From the NCBI RefSeq assembly GCF_009914755.1, contig NC_060926.1: DNA of 64,000 nucleotides. One strand, written 5' to 3'. The position numbers and the translations under genes are program-made. Origin of the DNA: the human T2T-CHM13v2.0 reference genome, Homo sapiens. Positions 14,050 through 27,123 of this stretch are shown in pieces; position 1 is the stretch's first letter, and each line of letters starts with the position of its first letter. The notes under the pieces are model-generated. The model was given only the letters and a program-made list of their open reading frames with translations, made no database searches and was not told the origin of the DNA.

Positions 14050-14985
14050 ATTTTTCTTATGAGAAATTCAAAAGTACAAACAATAGTATAACAAACTCCT
14101 GATATACTCATTACCTAGATTTTTAATTAATAACATTTTAACATGTTAACTGAATCTATTTTTTTATTGATGAATTATTAAAGAAATCTAGACATCATGA
14201 CATTTTACTCCTCTTATACGCTTCAGTATATGTCCCCAAAACATAAGGATATTTTCTTATATAACTGCAGGATTTTTACCATACTTAAAAAAATTAACAA
14301 TTTTTAATACAATCATATTTCCCAAGCTGACATAAAATGTTGTTATTGTTGTTTTTTATTGCAAATTCTTAAAGGTAATATTTATAAACTGTTTAAGATT
14401 TTAACACTTCCAAGAAAAAAAATGGCGGTTCTGATAGCTCTGCATCCTCCACAATATTAGCTAATACCAGTCTTTTTTACTGAATCTTTACTAATGGATG
14501 TGTAGTAGTATCTCATTTTAGTGTTTTTATTTGAATGATGAACAATGATATTGAATGCTTTTCATGTGTTTGTCATTCATGTCTTTGTGATGCAAAATGC
14601 TTATTGGTCTTTTGTCAATTTTTTCTTGCTGTTTTTGTCATGTCAGATAAACATTTTATGAATGTTTTATCACAGTGCCTGTTCTATTTTCTTAAAGCTA
14701 TCTCTATTATGAACCAAAGTTTTAAATTTTAATAGTATCTAGTTTATTATTTATTTTTATGATGTTTGCTTTCTGTGTCCTAAGAAATCTTTGCCCACTC
14801 CATTCACAAACACATTCTCCTGTGTTTTCTTCTAGAGGCTTTGTAGTTTTGCTTTTATGTTCATTTTCAATCTCAAATTACTTTTGGTGTATGGTGTGAG
14901 GTAAAGGTTGAAGCTCATCTTTTTGCATATGTGTATCCAACTGTTCCATGTGCTGAAAAGACTTTCTCTTCTCTGCTGAGTTGTA
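14050..14985 (-). mobile_element. Old L1 (L1M) fragments, antisense ORF2/3' region
   Basis: CTAAGAAATCTTTGCC, TTTTCTTCTAGAGGCTTTGTAGTTTT and GTATGGTGTGAGGTAAAGG are typical antisense L1 ORF2 sequence. Confidence 0.75.
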
Positions 14986-14989
14986 CTAA

Positions 14990-15585
14990 GAAAAGCATAG
15001 CTTCGTTATTGTGGTATTTGTGCCAAAAATAATTACCTGAATCTGAGTTTGGTCATTAGGAAACATTAAATGGACCAAAGATGAATGTCATCTTACAGAA
15101 TGTAAGGCTTGTGCTTTTTAAAACTATCAATGATATGAAATCCAGGAAAATATTGAGACCTGCTCCAAGACAGAAGAGACTGAAAATAAATCATGACCAA
15201 ATACAGTGTTTGTTCTTGGATAAGATTCTGGAACATAAAGAAAAAAGAACCGTTTTAGATCACTTGATAGAATTTGAATGGTGTCTGTGGATTTGAGGGT
15301 AGTGTTGTATCAATGTTCATTTCCTGACTTGGAAATAGGTATGTGGTCATGTACTTTGTTTTGGAGTGTTTAGGGACAATGGGGCATTAAGAGTACAACT
15401 TGCTCTCAAACATACTCTAAAAAAATAACAAATGATAATGGAGAAAGTGAGAAAGTGATGAAGCAGCTGCAATGAAATAGTAATAGCTAAGAAACCTGGA
15501 TGGAGGGGCAGGGAGGATATAATTCTTTGTTCTAAACTTGCAACTTTTCTGTTTGTTCAAAATCATTTCAAAATAAATTATTATA
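14990..15585 (+). mobile_element. L1MC/ME-type 3' UTR
   Basis: GTATCAATGTTCATTTCCTGA and terminal CTTGCAACTTTTCTG...ATTTCAAAATAAA. Confidence 0.7.
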
Positions 15586-16860
15586 GAAAAGAATTAATCA
15601 GAGTGGCATTCAAGACACATTGCTTTAGGCCAGTTCAAAAGTGATTGCAACACATTTGGAAATAATTTGGGTAAAATATAATCAAGAATCATAAAAAATG
15701 TCTGTATTCTTTGACTCAGCAATCTAATTCTTGAGAGTTTACTTAATATTAATCATAATAAATAAAGTATGCAGAAAATAAGCATTGCAGAATTATGTGT
15801 GATAGAAAAAAAATTATTAAAGAGCCCCAATATTTAACAATGAGGGACAGTTTAAATCATGTTACACTGACTTGATGAAATATAGAAGTTAAAAATAAAG
15901 TACAGAGACCTTTTAAGAGAAACAAAATATATGGTTAACTTGGAAGCAGAATACAAAAATTTATCTCTTAAAGTTTATAATTTAAACAGTGTAATTTTCA
16001 AGTACAAAGGAATTGGAGATACATTTGTTTTCTTCTTATGCTGGTATAATGTTTTTTCCATAATAAATATTTTATGGGAGTTCCAGCACCAAGTGACTAC
16101 AAACTCTGTGAGTTTGAATTTCAGTGGAAATCAAGTAAAAATCTAATAACAGTTATCAGGAGCTCTTTTAATGACTTCCGTCCATTAACATAGAAAAAAT
16201 GCCAAGATGAGCATGAGTAAAAATTAAAATGTGTGCAGAATAAGCACATACAAATAACCTTATCTTTGCTTAAACACTTCGTAGCTACTCTATGAAACAC
16301 AGGTAATAATAATAATGTAAATGGTTGTGGCTGTGAAAAGAGACATTTTGAAAAAAACGCAATGTGATTTAGTCATTAAAAGATGATGGAATATAAGTTG
16401 AATTCAGGGTTTTGAACTTAGAAAATTAGCAAAAATGATAATTTTATTAACAGAAAATAATTGAGAGGGGAAATTTGTCTTATGGGTAGAATGATGAAGT
16501 CACCCTTGGGTATGTTTCATCTAAGGTGACAACTAACTTAAAAGTGTGTATTTGGGAGTATCATGGTAATATAGTTCAAAGAGGATGGAATGAGAGGCGT
16601 AACTTAAAAGTTGTATTAATATAGCTAAGGGTAGATAAAGATGATTTAATTTTAAGGCAATATCTTGAAAGCAGAGACTGAACAGCGGAATAAATAAAGC
16701 TTTCTGAATTTTTACTTTAAACAGAAATATCTCTCTTGTTGATGGCTTAGAGCTCATTCTTGATACTTATCTAGTCTGACAACCTATGCCTTTCAGTTGG
16801 AGTTTTTAGTCCATTTTCATTTAATATTATTGATATGATTGTATTTTGGTCTATTATTTT

Positions 16861-17100
16861 TGTTATTGACTGCATGTTTATGTCCCCTCAAAATTGTATG
16901 TTGAAATCCTAACAACAAGTGTGATGATATTGGGAGGCAGAGCCTTTAGCATGTAATTTAAGTCATGAGGGTGGAGCCCTCGTGAATGGGATTAATGCCT
17001 TTGTTAAAGAGATGCCTGAGAGCTCTCTTGCTCTGCTCTTGACCATGTGAATATACAACAAGAAGTTAGCTGTCTGCAGCTTGGAACAGGGTTTTCTCCA
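16861..17100 (+). mobile_element. MLT1A-like MaLR LTR, 5' part
   Basis: TGTCCCCTCAAAATTGTATGTTGAAATCCTAAC...GTCATGAGGGTGGAGCCCTCGTGAATGGGATTAATGCC. Confidence 0.88.
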
Positions 17101-17499
17101 ATGTCTTCCTAAACTGCATGACCTCTAATATGAGTTGACCTCTTCTAGCTCTCAGCCTTGAAGCAGGAAATCTCTTCTAGGTCTTGTGAATACTGCCCTG
17201 CATATGTGCAGCTCAATCCTTGGCCAATTATATATGAGGAACTCCCACAAACTTCTGGATTTTCCTCACCGTTCAGCTCCTCTCCTTAGGTATGCTGTTC
17301 CATACCTGCAGTTTCAGCAGACTGGAACTTTAATCCTCTACTTCCTCAGCCCGGCAGTATGACTATTCTGCTCAGGCTCTTTAGGTTGATTTAATCGCAA
17401 TCTTAATTTTTGGTGTTAATTATTACTGTTTTACTTGTCTTTCTAGTTGTGTGTGTTATACGTGAACACATATATGTGTTCTTTTACTTTTAATTTCCA

Positions 17500-18560
17500 G
17501 CTGACATGTTTACTGTGTATAGTCTATGCTTTTATACTAAACACTATTTTTGATATTCATATGTGCTGATGCATGTAGCTGTGGCTTCATTTTCTATGAT
17601 CTATCAACATATGAATATACTAAAATATAGTATGGCCATCTTACTGCTGATGAACATTTGCGCTGCTTCCACTTTTTTGCTATTACAAAAATTTTGCACA
17701 GGGTGGTGTTATACACATCGTCAGGTATACACGTGCCCCTGTTTCTGTAAGCTCTGTGTATCTACAAGTGAAATTTTCGAAGTCTTTGGTATGGAAATTT
17801 TAAAACTTAAAAGATAATTTCAAATAGGTTTTCAAAGAGCTCTTTTCAATACACTCTGAAACACAGCCCATGAGAGTTTCCATTGCTCAACATACTTATC
17901 AATATTTAGTTCTATCCAACTTATAAATTTTAGCCACTATGGTGGATGAAAATCTTATTTTATTGTACTTAATCTGCCTTTCCCTGACTACTAAGGAGGC
18001 TAAGCATATTTTCATATGTTTGTGGGTCATGCATATTTCCCCTAGCAAAAAGTATCTATATATACTTATTGCCCATTTTTCTACAATGTTGCCTTTTTAA
18101 ATTTATAGGCATTCTTTATATAGTATGGGTATTAATAATATCTTGGTTATGATGTTTATCAAATAGCTTGGCTTATCTCTTTCTCTCAATGGTCACTTTT
18201 GAAGACCAGAAGTTTTTCATTTGAATATAAGCAAATTTCTCAGTCTTTTCCTTATCATAAGAGCTCTTTGTGTCTTGTATAAAAATTCCTCTATACTGCA
18301 AGGATGTGCCTTTATTCTCCCTTGTTCTTTTCTGAAGTTTTACAATTTTACTTCTGTTATTTGTTATTGTTCCAATTGAATTTGATGTTTGTGTATGTTA
18401 TGAAGTAGAGATTCATATTCACCTTTCCATTCAACAGTATTCCCAGTATCATTTATTGAGGAGTCCCTTTTTTACTCTCTGTTCAGCCACACCAGTTCCT
18501 TTAATTATCATACTTTCATATTTGAGCATGAATCCATTTTTAAGCCCACTATTCCAGTCC
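17500..18560 (-). mobile_element. Old L1 (L1ME-like) antisense fragment
   Basis: GAGAGTTTCCATTGCTCAACAT, TCCCTGACTACTAAGGAGGCTAAGCATATTTTCATATGTTT, CCCAGTATCATTTATTGAG. Confidence 0.72.
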
Positions 18561-19171
18561 ATTGTTACATGTGAACTGGCGGATCTCCTTTTTAGGTTGC
18601 TGCTATAAATATAGTCCCACTCCCTACATTTTCTGGTCTCTGTGGCTTTTTAGACTTTCTGGCTTTAACTCTCAGTTTCATATTCACAAAAAGAGGATCC
18701 AATGGACCCAAATTAATCAGATGTCTACTCCAAGTCCCATTAGATATAACATGGGATCAGAGTCTCCACATAGCACATATATGGCCACTAGGGGCCCACC
18801 TCTACCTCCAGACAAGATGAAGCCTTTTGTTCCCAGGAATGGTAGAAGCATCATACTGTAACCATTCACAATCTCAGAAAAGTTTGACCAAATTCTTTTC
18901 AGAAGCTTCTCAGCAAAGAGCCCCCAAAATAATTCTGAAAATAAAATATACTTATTAACAAGACAAGGATTTATTCGAATGATAATTGATAATACTCCAG
19001 AGGGTGCTATGGAAGGAGCATGTGTATGTTGATGGCAGGAACTTAAGTTCATACAACTTTTCCAGAGAGCAAATAGGCAGTATCTATCAAACACTTTAAA
19101 AAGGTGTAGACCTTGTGATTGAATAATTCTAAGACATTATCTTATGAGAATAATCATAAGTTTATGAAAAG

Positions 19172-19460
19172 ATGTCTTAGGGCAGTTTTCCCAGAAGCAG
19201 ACCCCAGGCAGGGATTTATTGCCAGTGATTTATCAAGGAAATGCTCCCATGGGAAAGTGGTAAACAAGTGAAGGAAGTAGAAGGAGAAAAAGAGAGGAAG
19301 CCAAGTAAGGGTGCGATTTCAGGGAACGTTCCAGGCAAGCGTCAGCTGATTCTTCAGGGAAACTCAGGAGTTGAAGTCATGCCTTGGTGTTGTCCCATCA
19401 GAGACAAAGTTCCTGTGCAGTCATAGCTGGACACCTGCCAGTCATTGTTTAAGCACTGAA
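19172..19460 (-). mobile_element. ERVL-type LTR fragment (LTR16/33/41-like)
   Basis: TGTCTTAGG...CCCAGAAGCAGACCC...GATTTAT resembles the reverse complement of an ERVL LTR 3' end. Confidence 0.5.
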
Positions 19461-20105
19461 TTTCCAAGGCACTTAATGACGTTGTTACAACAGGTGTTTT
19501 ATTCACAGAGTTAATTATAATAGCAAAAAGAAACCAAAACAAAACTGAAATGATGTAATTAACCATAAAAAATAATAAAAATATCATCATTAAACATCTA
19601 AAACTTAATATTTAATAATATTTAATATTTAATAAAATGGCAAAATGATCATGACCATGCGTTTTAAATAGCAAAATATAAAATTATGCACACAGTAAGA
19701 GCTAAATTATATTGTAGGGAGGGAGGGATCCCACATTAACATGTATGAATATAAATAGGTAAGTTGCATCAGGCTTGATGCCGAATCCCTTGTGGACACA
19801 TTTAGATGCCTCAGAATTGGCCAAATGAAGTTTTCTGTAACCTCACAATATGTGGCTAAAATTTAGATGAAGCATGAAAAATTTCAGCAAACAAGACTTT
19901 AAAATATATACATATAAGAAATAGAAATTTTAAATGGAAATGACTTTTTCAACCTTAACTATAGGATTGGCACTTTCACATTACTGTGTAATCCATTTAA
20001 CATCCCTGGGCAACAAAGAACTTTATCATCCATGGTTTACACCTGTTTCAAGCAGCATTTTTCTGATCTCTTTTAAAAAATGAATTCTAGATTATACCAG
20101 ATTAT

Positions 20106-20112
<7 letters not shown>

Positions 20113-20178
<66 letters not shown>
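20113..20178. repeat. (TA)16(CA)17 compound microsatellite
   Basis: Seen directly. Confidence 0.97.
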
Positions 20179-20180
<2 letters not shown>

Positions 20181-20445
20181 ACCCCATCACATTCTTTACA
20201 TTAGGGTTTATTTTACTATAGTAACAGTCCTCACAGTAAAGCAGAATCTGAAAATGCATGTAGAACTGTAAATTAAATGTTAAATATCTCATTTTATTTT
20301 ATTGCCTCTAACAAAAATGAATCATTTATTTTAAAGTTATTTAAAGGTTATTCTAGAGATATATAGCAAGAGCATTATCCTAACTATGGGTAAGAAATTT
20401 GCTTTGAAAGATAATTTATTTATTTTAAAAATTATTTATTTTTTA

Positions 20446-20568
20446 TTGCTTATCAGCTTAAGGAGATTTTGGGCTGAGACGATGGGGTTTTCTAAATTAT
20501 ACAATCTTGTCATCTGGAAACAGACAATTTGACTTCCTGTCTTCCTATTTGAATACTCTTTTTTTTCC
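20446..20568 (-). mobile_element. Isolated L1PA ORF2 fragment (RT catalytic region)
   Basis: GCTTATCAGCTTAAGGAGATTTTGGGCTGAGACGATGGGGTTTTCTA is a close match to antisense primate L1, corresponding to the ...[24 protein letters not shown] region. Confidence 0.9.
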
Positions 20569-20880
20569 ACACATTATTCCTCACTTTTGAAATCAACTGT
20601 ATTCTTCTTTCATGTTTTCAGACACTATTTATTTTCCAAGACCCAACTCCAATCCCACCTCTGGTGATATTTCTTCAAATATGTTAGTTTGGATTTCTTC
20701 TCATCTCTTCACTTACAGGCACTGCTACACAGTTTACTTCCTGAATGGTCTTGGTTTAATATATACCTTACATCTTGTTTTGCTCCCAGCTAGACGGTAA
20801 AATTAGAGAGGGTAAATACTCTAGATTCTATTCTTGTCTATACAGCAACCATTACAGTTAAGGGATTATAGTAGGTTTGA

Positions 20881-20927
<47 letters not shown>

Positions 20928-20948
20928 CACATACATACATACATATGT
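20881..20948. repeat. (AT)n(GT)n(CATA)n compound microsatellite
   Basis: Seen directly. Confidence 0.95.
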
Positions 20949-21099
20949 ATGCATTGGCTAGTAATACTTTGTCTCTATTCTATAGAAAACAATTTACTGT
21001 CTAGTTGGATAAACAGCCAATGAAATTAATGATTGCAATATGCTAGATAGATAATTTTAGCATGAAGAACAGCCATTATCACAGAGAAAATGTAGAACC

Positions 21100-21945
21100 A
21101 CCAAAGGATTTTGCCCATAGAGCGACATGATTAAGTTGCATTTTTTTAAAGTCACTGTCAGCATGATGGCTGGAGATGGGGAAGCTACAGTGATAAGCCA
21201 GGCACTTGTCTAATGGCAGTGGCACTGTAGAGAGACAAAGAGATTAGTTAAATACTTAGGAGGTATAATTAATAGGCACAGCTGTGGAACATATAGGGAG
21301 GTTTAAATGGCAGTTTTCAGGCTTGAACAGTGGAGTGAACAGACATATTATTTAAGAGAAAAGAAGAACAGATATGGGAAGATGATGGCTTCATGTTTGA
21401 TCATGTTGAGACTGCGGTATTGAATAGCCAAGTAGAGATGTTCAGGAAAATATGCTAAGATGAATGTCACAAGAAAAATGTTTGATGGAGTTGAAGATTT
21501 AGAAATCACTTGCATATAGATATTAATTATAATTTAAAACCATGGAAGTAGATGGGCTCTACCCAAAAAAAGAGGACATGATAAAAAGAGAAAAGGACCT
21601 AAAACCCCAAGAAGTACCAACATTTAAAAGTTAAATAGAATAGGAGCTCTCAAAGTAGACTGAAATGAGAGACCAGAGAAACAGAAGGAAAATCAGGGGA
21701 GTGAGATCTTTGGAAGACAAGAGAAGAGAGCGCTTAAAGGAGCAGTTAGTAGCTTATAATGTTAAATGTTCCCAAATGACCAAACAAGAAAAGGACTGAA
21801 ATGTGGGCATTTAATTTATAGATAAAGGTCATTCTTGACCCAAATGATTGTGGTGATGTAGCAAAGGCAGGGCCAAATGAGAGTAGGAGAAGTGAATGGA
21901 AGGTAAGAGAGTAAATACATCAAGTAGAGAGAACTCCTTCAATTG
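21100..21945 (-). mobile_element. L2 antisense fragment
   Basis: Purine-rich, with TTTGATCATGTTGAG, CAAGTAGAGATGTTCAGG and AAAAGGACTGAAATGTG: typical reverse L2. Confidence 0.7.
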
Positions 21946-24524
21946 TCTATTCTTTTGTCTATTCTATTTACACTGTGGAGTATATTACAGAGTTAGTTGG
22001 TTTTCTAAGTCAGTATAAGGCCCAATCAAGGTTAAAGTTTATGCAGATTAACTGTTATTTTTAACAACAATCTATTAATCTATTAAGAAGTCCTTAAAAT
22101 AGATTACAAGGACTTCTTTGATTTATCTCTTATGTGGCTGAATTCCTTGATCTTTGAGGCCACTCCCCAGCATCTCATCATGTTTACGTCCTGTTACCCG
22201 AAAGTACCAGAGTGTTTCAGGCTTCCCATTTTTATACACAATGCTTTTCTCTGCATGCATTGCATTTCACGTCATACTTTCTCCACCTGACAAACTCCTC
22301 CACATCCTTTTATGATTCATTCAGCTCCCCTTCTCTTCAAAGCCTCCCATGATATTTTTCTCCTTCGATGTAAGAGAGATGCCTCTAATACCAACACCGT
22401 GCTTTGTATCTGTCTCTTTTATGGCAACTGTATAGTCCAAATCCACACACTTTGAGTATTTCCTTAAAGGACTTTGCCACATTTTCTTTGAATAGAGACA
22501 AATTCCTCAGAAAATCATAGTTAGCAATGCCTATTTTATTATAATCCACTGAGATCTTATATTTTCCACAGCAAGGAGAGGTATTTTATGTTACAATACC
22601 TAAAAATAATTTTTGGTTGTTTCTAATATTAAGCAGAGATGACGTGTATGAATACCATCAATATCTGAAATGAACTGTAGCACACACTTCCATAATGGAA
22701 ATAGTTCTTAAGGTCAATTTAACCATTTACTGAATTTTCCCATGTCTCACAAATGTTATCAGCTTTAGGAAGTAATGAGTGTGTCACTCCCAGATGAAGT
22801 TTAGAAGTATTAGGAGCCACCATGTTGGAAATGAATATGAGGGGAAAAAAAGCTCTATAGGAAATAAGGATTTGGGAGAAAGTAAAGAATGATCTTTCTG
22901 TCCCTCAAGGAAGAAAACAACTCTAATGGTGATGCTATAATGTGCAAGAAATGGTAAAAGATAATAATCCTCTTCCAAACTATTAGCCATCATTAAGTGG
23001 AAAATAAAAGTAAAAATAAAGAAAGTAAATTATATAATCTTCAAATTCAGCTGACGTATTGATGAACTAAAATGATAGGAAATAAGATAAAAATGCATTG
23101 TTAGTAAAATGCATGAAAGGGAGATTCCATCCTGAATATAGATACTAGTCAGATATTAGAATTACAGAGATTATTATGCAAAATATAATCATTCTGGAGG
23201 AAAATAGTATGATCAATTTTGTTAAAACCTATTCAAACCTATTTTGTAGCTCATTATAGAATAGAAAAGGTAATTAAACATGTAAAACTGCTACCAAATC
23301 CAGTTTCAAAGCATTAAGCCTAGAAATATTTATATTCCTTTTAAAAATAAATCTAACATAGAACTGTAGATTCAGAGAGTATGAAGCAGAACAGATAAAT
23401 AATGCATCCAATTTAGTTAATAATTTTTCTATTTTTTCTCTGGACTGAAACTCTGCACAGGCATGGAAGCAAATTGCTTCAGAAACTATGAGAAAGGAAA
23501 TCAAGCTAGTAATATGGAATTGGACCAAACATAGACTATGATGTCAAAAGGATTTTTTTTTCAGAATCAATAGGTGATGAAAGACTTATGAAAATTATCC
23601 AGAGATTTATTTGATCAAAACCATATGGCATCCCAACCAAGGCAGCTTTGTAGTAAAGCTAGTCAATTTTTGTATGGTTGGTGCTCAAAGCATGCCTTTT
23701 TTTTAACAACAAAAGTAATTGCCTTTCAGTTTCCAAAATATAGCGTGTTAATATTATTTTTAAAAATTTTGAATTGGTAACACATTCACACTTTTCAATA
23801 TGAAAGCAATACAGTAGAAAGTCTGATTGCTCTCTTTGTCCCTCACTCAGTTAAACTTTTGTGAGTTTCTTGTTGCATATCCTTTCAGTTTCTTTATGAA
23901 AATGAAAGTGAATATGAATACACCAGAGTGTTTTCACCCTTTTTACCCAGGAAAAGTTACAGTCACTGTTTCTCACATTATTGTTATCATTAAATGCATA
24001 TATTGGAAATCTTTCTATAGCAATAGCATTTTCAGATTTATATAAATTATTTTGGGAAAAATATACATTATCTCATAGTATTTATGATCTTCTAATTTTC
24101 ACTCTTTCCAAATTACTTTTACTTTTTTTTCTGTTTTACATTTTTGCTTTCTTTTTTTTTGATAAAGTTAGATTGTGGTTTATCTGTCTTATTATTTGTT
24201 GAAATACAAATAAGTACACATAAAATATATACATATATAATTTTAATGGAAACTCCACTATATATTAAATTGGAAAAACTGACTTCTTTGTAATTTTTAT
24301 CTTCCCATCCAAGAACAATGATATGATCTTAATTTTGCCCAATCTTTTTTGTCATTTAGCAAATTTTATTTTTCATGTTTGTTCCTTGCTTTCTAATTAA
24401 ATATCTTACCTATCTTTTGAATGCTTGAATAGTAGGAGTCTAGCAGTTGAATAAATATTCTTCTTCATATTCAGAATGGTTCAAAGTGCTGGATTTCTTT
24501 TTCTTTTTTTGTTTTTGCAAAACA

Positions 24525-24790
24525 TAATTATTAAGTGAAAGTGCTTTGGAGTCCATTAGGTTGTCTTTGGACCCACACCTCACCATGTTCTAACTGTAGG
24601 ACTTTGGGCAAGTTATCTAATCTCTGTGGGCTTCATTTTTCTTATCTGTAATATGAGAATGATTATAATAATAGTGCCTTTATCATAGGCTTGTTGTGAT
24701 AATTAACTGAGTAATAGATATATGGCCTAGTAATGTTCCCTGGCATAATAAGCACATGAAAATGATGATAATGATGATGATAATGATAAA
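24525..24790 (+). mobile_element. MIR SINE
   Basis: TTGGGCAAGTTATCTAATCTCTGTGGGCTTCATTTTTCTTATCTGTAATATGAGAAT core; (ATG)n tail. Confidence 0.85.
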
Positions 24791-24919
24791 GTAGAAGAGT
24801 CACTTGATTTGATCACCCTGGCAAGGAATGTGCAAGGGGTGGGTATGTGTGTTTATGTGTGTCTCAATAAACATCTGCTTAAGCAAATTCAATTTGCTTC
24901 CCTTTAATTGTCACAAAAC

Positions 24920-25980
24920 TAACTTATTACCAATTATCCTGTTTCTCAAGACAAAGTTGAAGAATGCACCCCTTATTCCTCTTTCTCACATACCTCCAAC
25001 TCGCAGGCAAGTCCTGTGGTTTTTCCTGTAAAATATAACCTGATTCACACTCCTGTGCATAGTCTCCACTGCTAACACTGCATTCCAAACCTTCATCTCC
25101 AGCGTGGTCTGTTGTATTCACTTCCTAACACTTCTTCCCAGCTCCATCTCTCATCCTCACACAGCCTTTTCATATAGCAGCCATAGCGGTTTTTTTTTTT
25201 TAATTTAACTTAAATTAGATTTCATTATTCCTTGCAAAATTTCCTAGTGGCTTTCCATCAGATGAACTCCAATTTATCTACAGTGGCTTAATGGACCTCC
25301 ATGATGTGACTTCTGCCTGTATCTCCAATGCGAACTGGCATTCAGCTCCTCCCTCAATCCACACCAGCCACAACGGCTTTTCTGCTATTCCTTGGACAGC
25401 CACGATCTTCCTGCCACAAGACTTTGTATTTGGCTTTTTTTGTTGTTGTTTGTTTGTTTAATATTAAAATCTAACCCTTAAATCTACTATATAGATGGTT
25501 TTCTCACTATTTTCAGGTCTTGGCTCAAATGTGGGGTTGTCAGATTAGAAAATAAAAATGCAAGACGCCTAGTTAAATTTGAATTTCAAATAAACAATAA
25601 GTAATTGTATATTCTATGTCCCAAACGTTGCATGTGACATACTCACGCTAAAAAGTTGCCATTTATCAAAAATTCAAATTTAATTGCTCATCCTGCATTT
25701 TATTTGACCATATTACAATTATCTCCTCAGAGAAGTCTTCTCCGATTACTCTTTATACGATAGACTCCTCCTTTTCTCTCTTACTCTCTAATTTCCTACT
25801 AGCTTTATTTTTCTTCATAGTACTTAAAACAACCTGAAGTGTTTTTTACTTTTTCTGTTTATGGGATAATTTTTCTATGTAAAAATGTAGATTTTATGAA
25901 GACAGAAAATTTTTCTTTTATTAAACCCTATTTCCAATGCTCAAAATATAATGGATGCTCGAAATACATGTAATGAATGG
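24920..25980 (+). mobile_element. L2 3' region interrupted by MER53
   Basis: L2-like TTCAGGTCTTGGCTCAAATGT [insertion] ATCTCCTCAGAGAAGTCTTCTCCGATTAC, with a tail ending AATGAATG. Confidence 0.7.
25533..25713. mobile_element. MER53 palindromic MITE, near full length
   Basis: GGGTTGTCAGATT...TTAAATTTGAATTT (25573-25586) pairs perfectly with AAATTCAAATTTAA (25670-25683); central TATGTCCCAA...GACATA. Confidence 0.88.
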
Positions 25981-27123
25981 GTGGCAAACAGTTATGCTAA
26001 ACTTAACACACCCAAGATCCTTTCGTACATTTTTTTTGAACATGGACTATTTCTAAAGAAATTTAAAGGTAATTCTATCATACAGACTCGGAAATTTAAA
26101 AATCAATGTGAGACTGTTCCTTAAGACACCTTCATGGACAAACCATAAAACGTCATCTTCTTCACTTTTATGTTACCCTTATGCAACATCCAGTCTCAGT
26201 TAAGATTCTTTCTTAGATGGTTAAAAACAAATTAAAATCTAAAGCAGAACATTAACTTGTAGATGTAGGAGAAAATTAGAATTCGACCATTAGAAATATG
26301 AAGTCTCAGAAACCTAAAAGATTTTCCCAATGCCATGAAGTTAACAGAAGCTAACTTTTTAAAAATACTTTTTACTGTTTTATCTCTTCTGTGTTACAAG
26401 TTCTGCGAAAACTAAGCCTTTACCTATTCAGTTGACTGATTGATTGCTTACAGCACCTTCAAGAGTCCTGACACATAGTAGATACTCAGTAAATATTTGT
26501 GGTTGCTGATGAATGGATGAACTCTTGTGACCTTCAGCCAAATGGTCTTCCATAAGATATGACGTATTGTTATATTTAACCATGATGGGCATTTACTTAA
26601 TTAAATCAATTATTTCATTTAAAAACCTGAAGAAAAAATAATTTATCGTATTATAAATAAGCCCCAAGTTATCGGCATCTAATTAAGACACAATATCCAC
26701 ATATAAAAAGAAAATCCCATCTTTAGTAATTAATTGACTCAACCCTCATAAAATGACATATGAGAAACACAAAGCTTTACATTTTCTTTAATTTATACAA
26801 GAGTAGATTTATGAGATCAAATACTACTAATGAACGTCCTTGGGGCATATCAAATAATAACCTGTCTTCAGTGTATTTCAATGGTCATAAAACTTGTGCT
26901 CATTGTCTTGCTAAAAGAACAACTGCTTTGCCAAAGGATTTGATGACAAGAGACAATTTTATGAAAGCAAAACAGAGCAAGTATTATATCTTCAAAGGTG
27001 AGCTGTTTCCAGAAGTATAAATCAGGGGATTTTTGCGTGGACTGGAGACACATGAGTTACAGAGAAGCACAGGGAAGGAAGGTGGTCCACCTAAATGGTT
27101 ATAGGGTCTGATAGATAAATGAG

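Noticed and set aside
18782-18800. CTCF-like TGGCCACTAGGGGCCCACC (also CCAGCAGATGGAAG at ~42836)
   Set aside because: Both mismatch the conserved GGC part of the core; not supportable without ChIP data.
18717-19094. 125-aa minus-strand ORF and other 100-122-aa ORFs (45318, 46310, 60358, 63392)
   Set aside because: No recognisable domain or protein-like composition; lengths are compatible with chance, especially as non-ATG starts were allowed.
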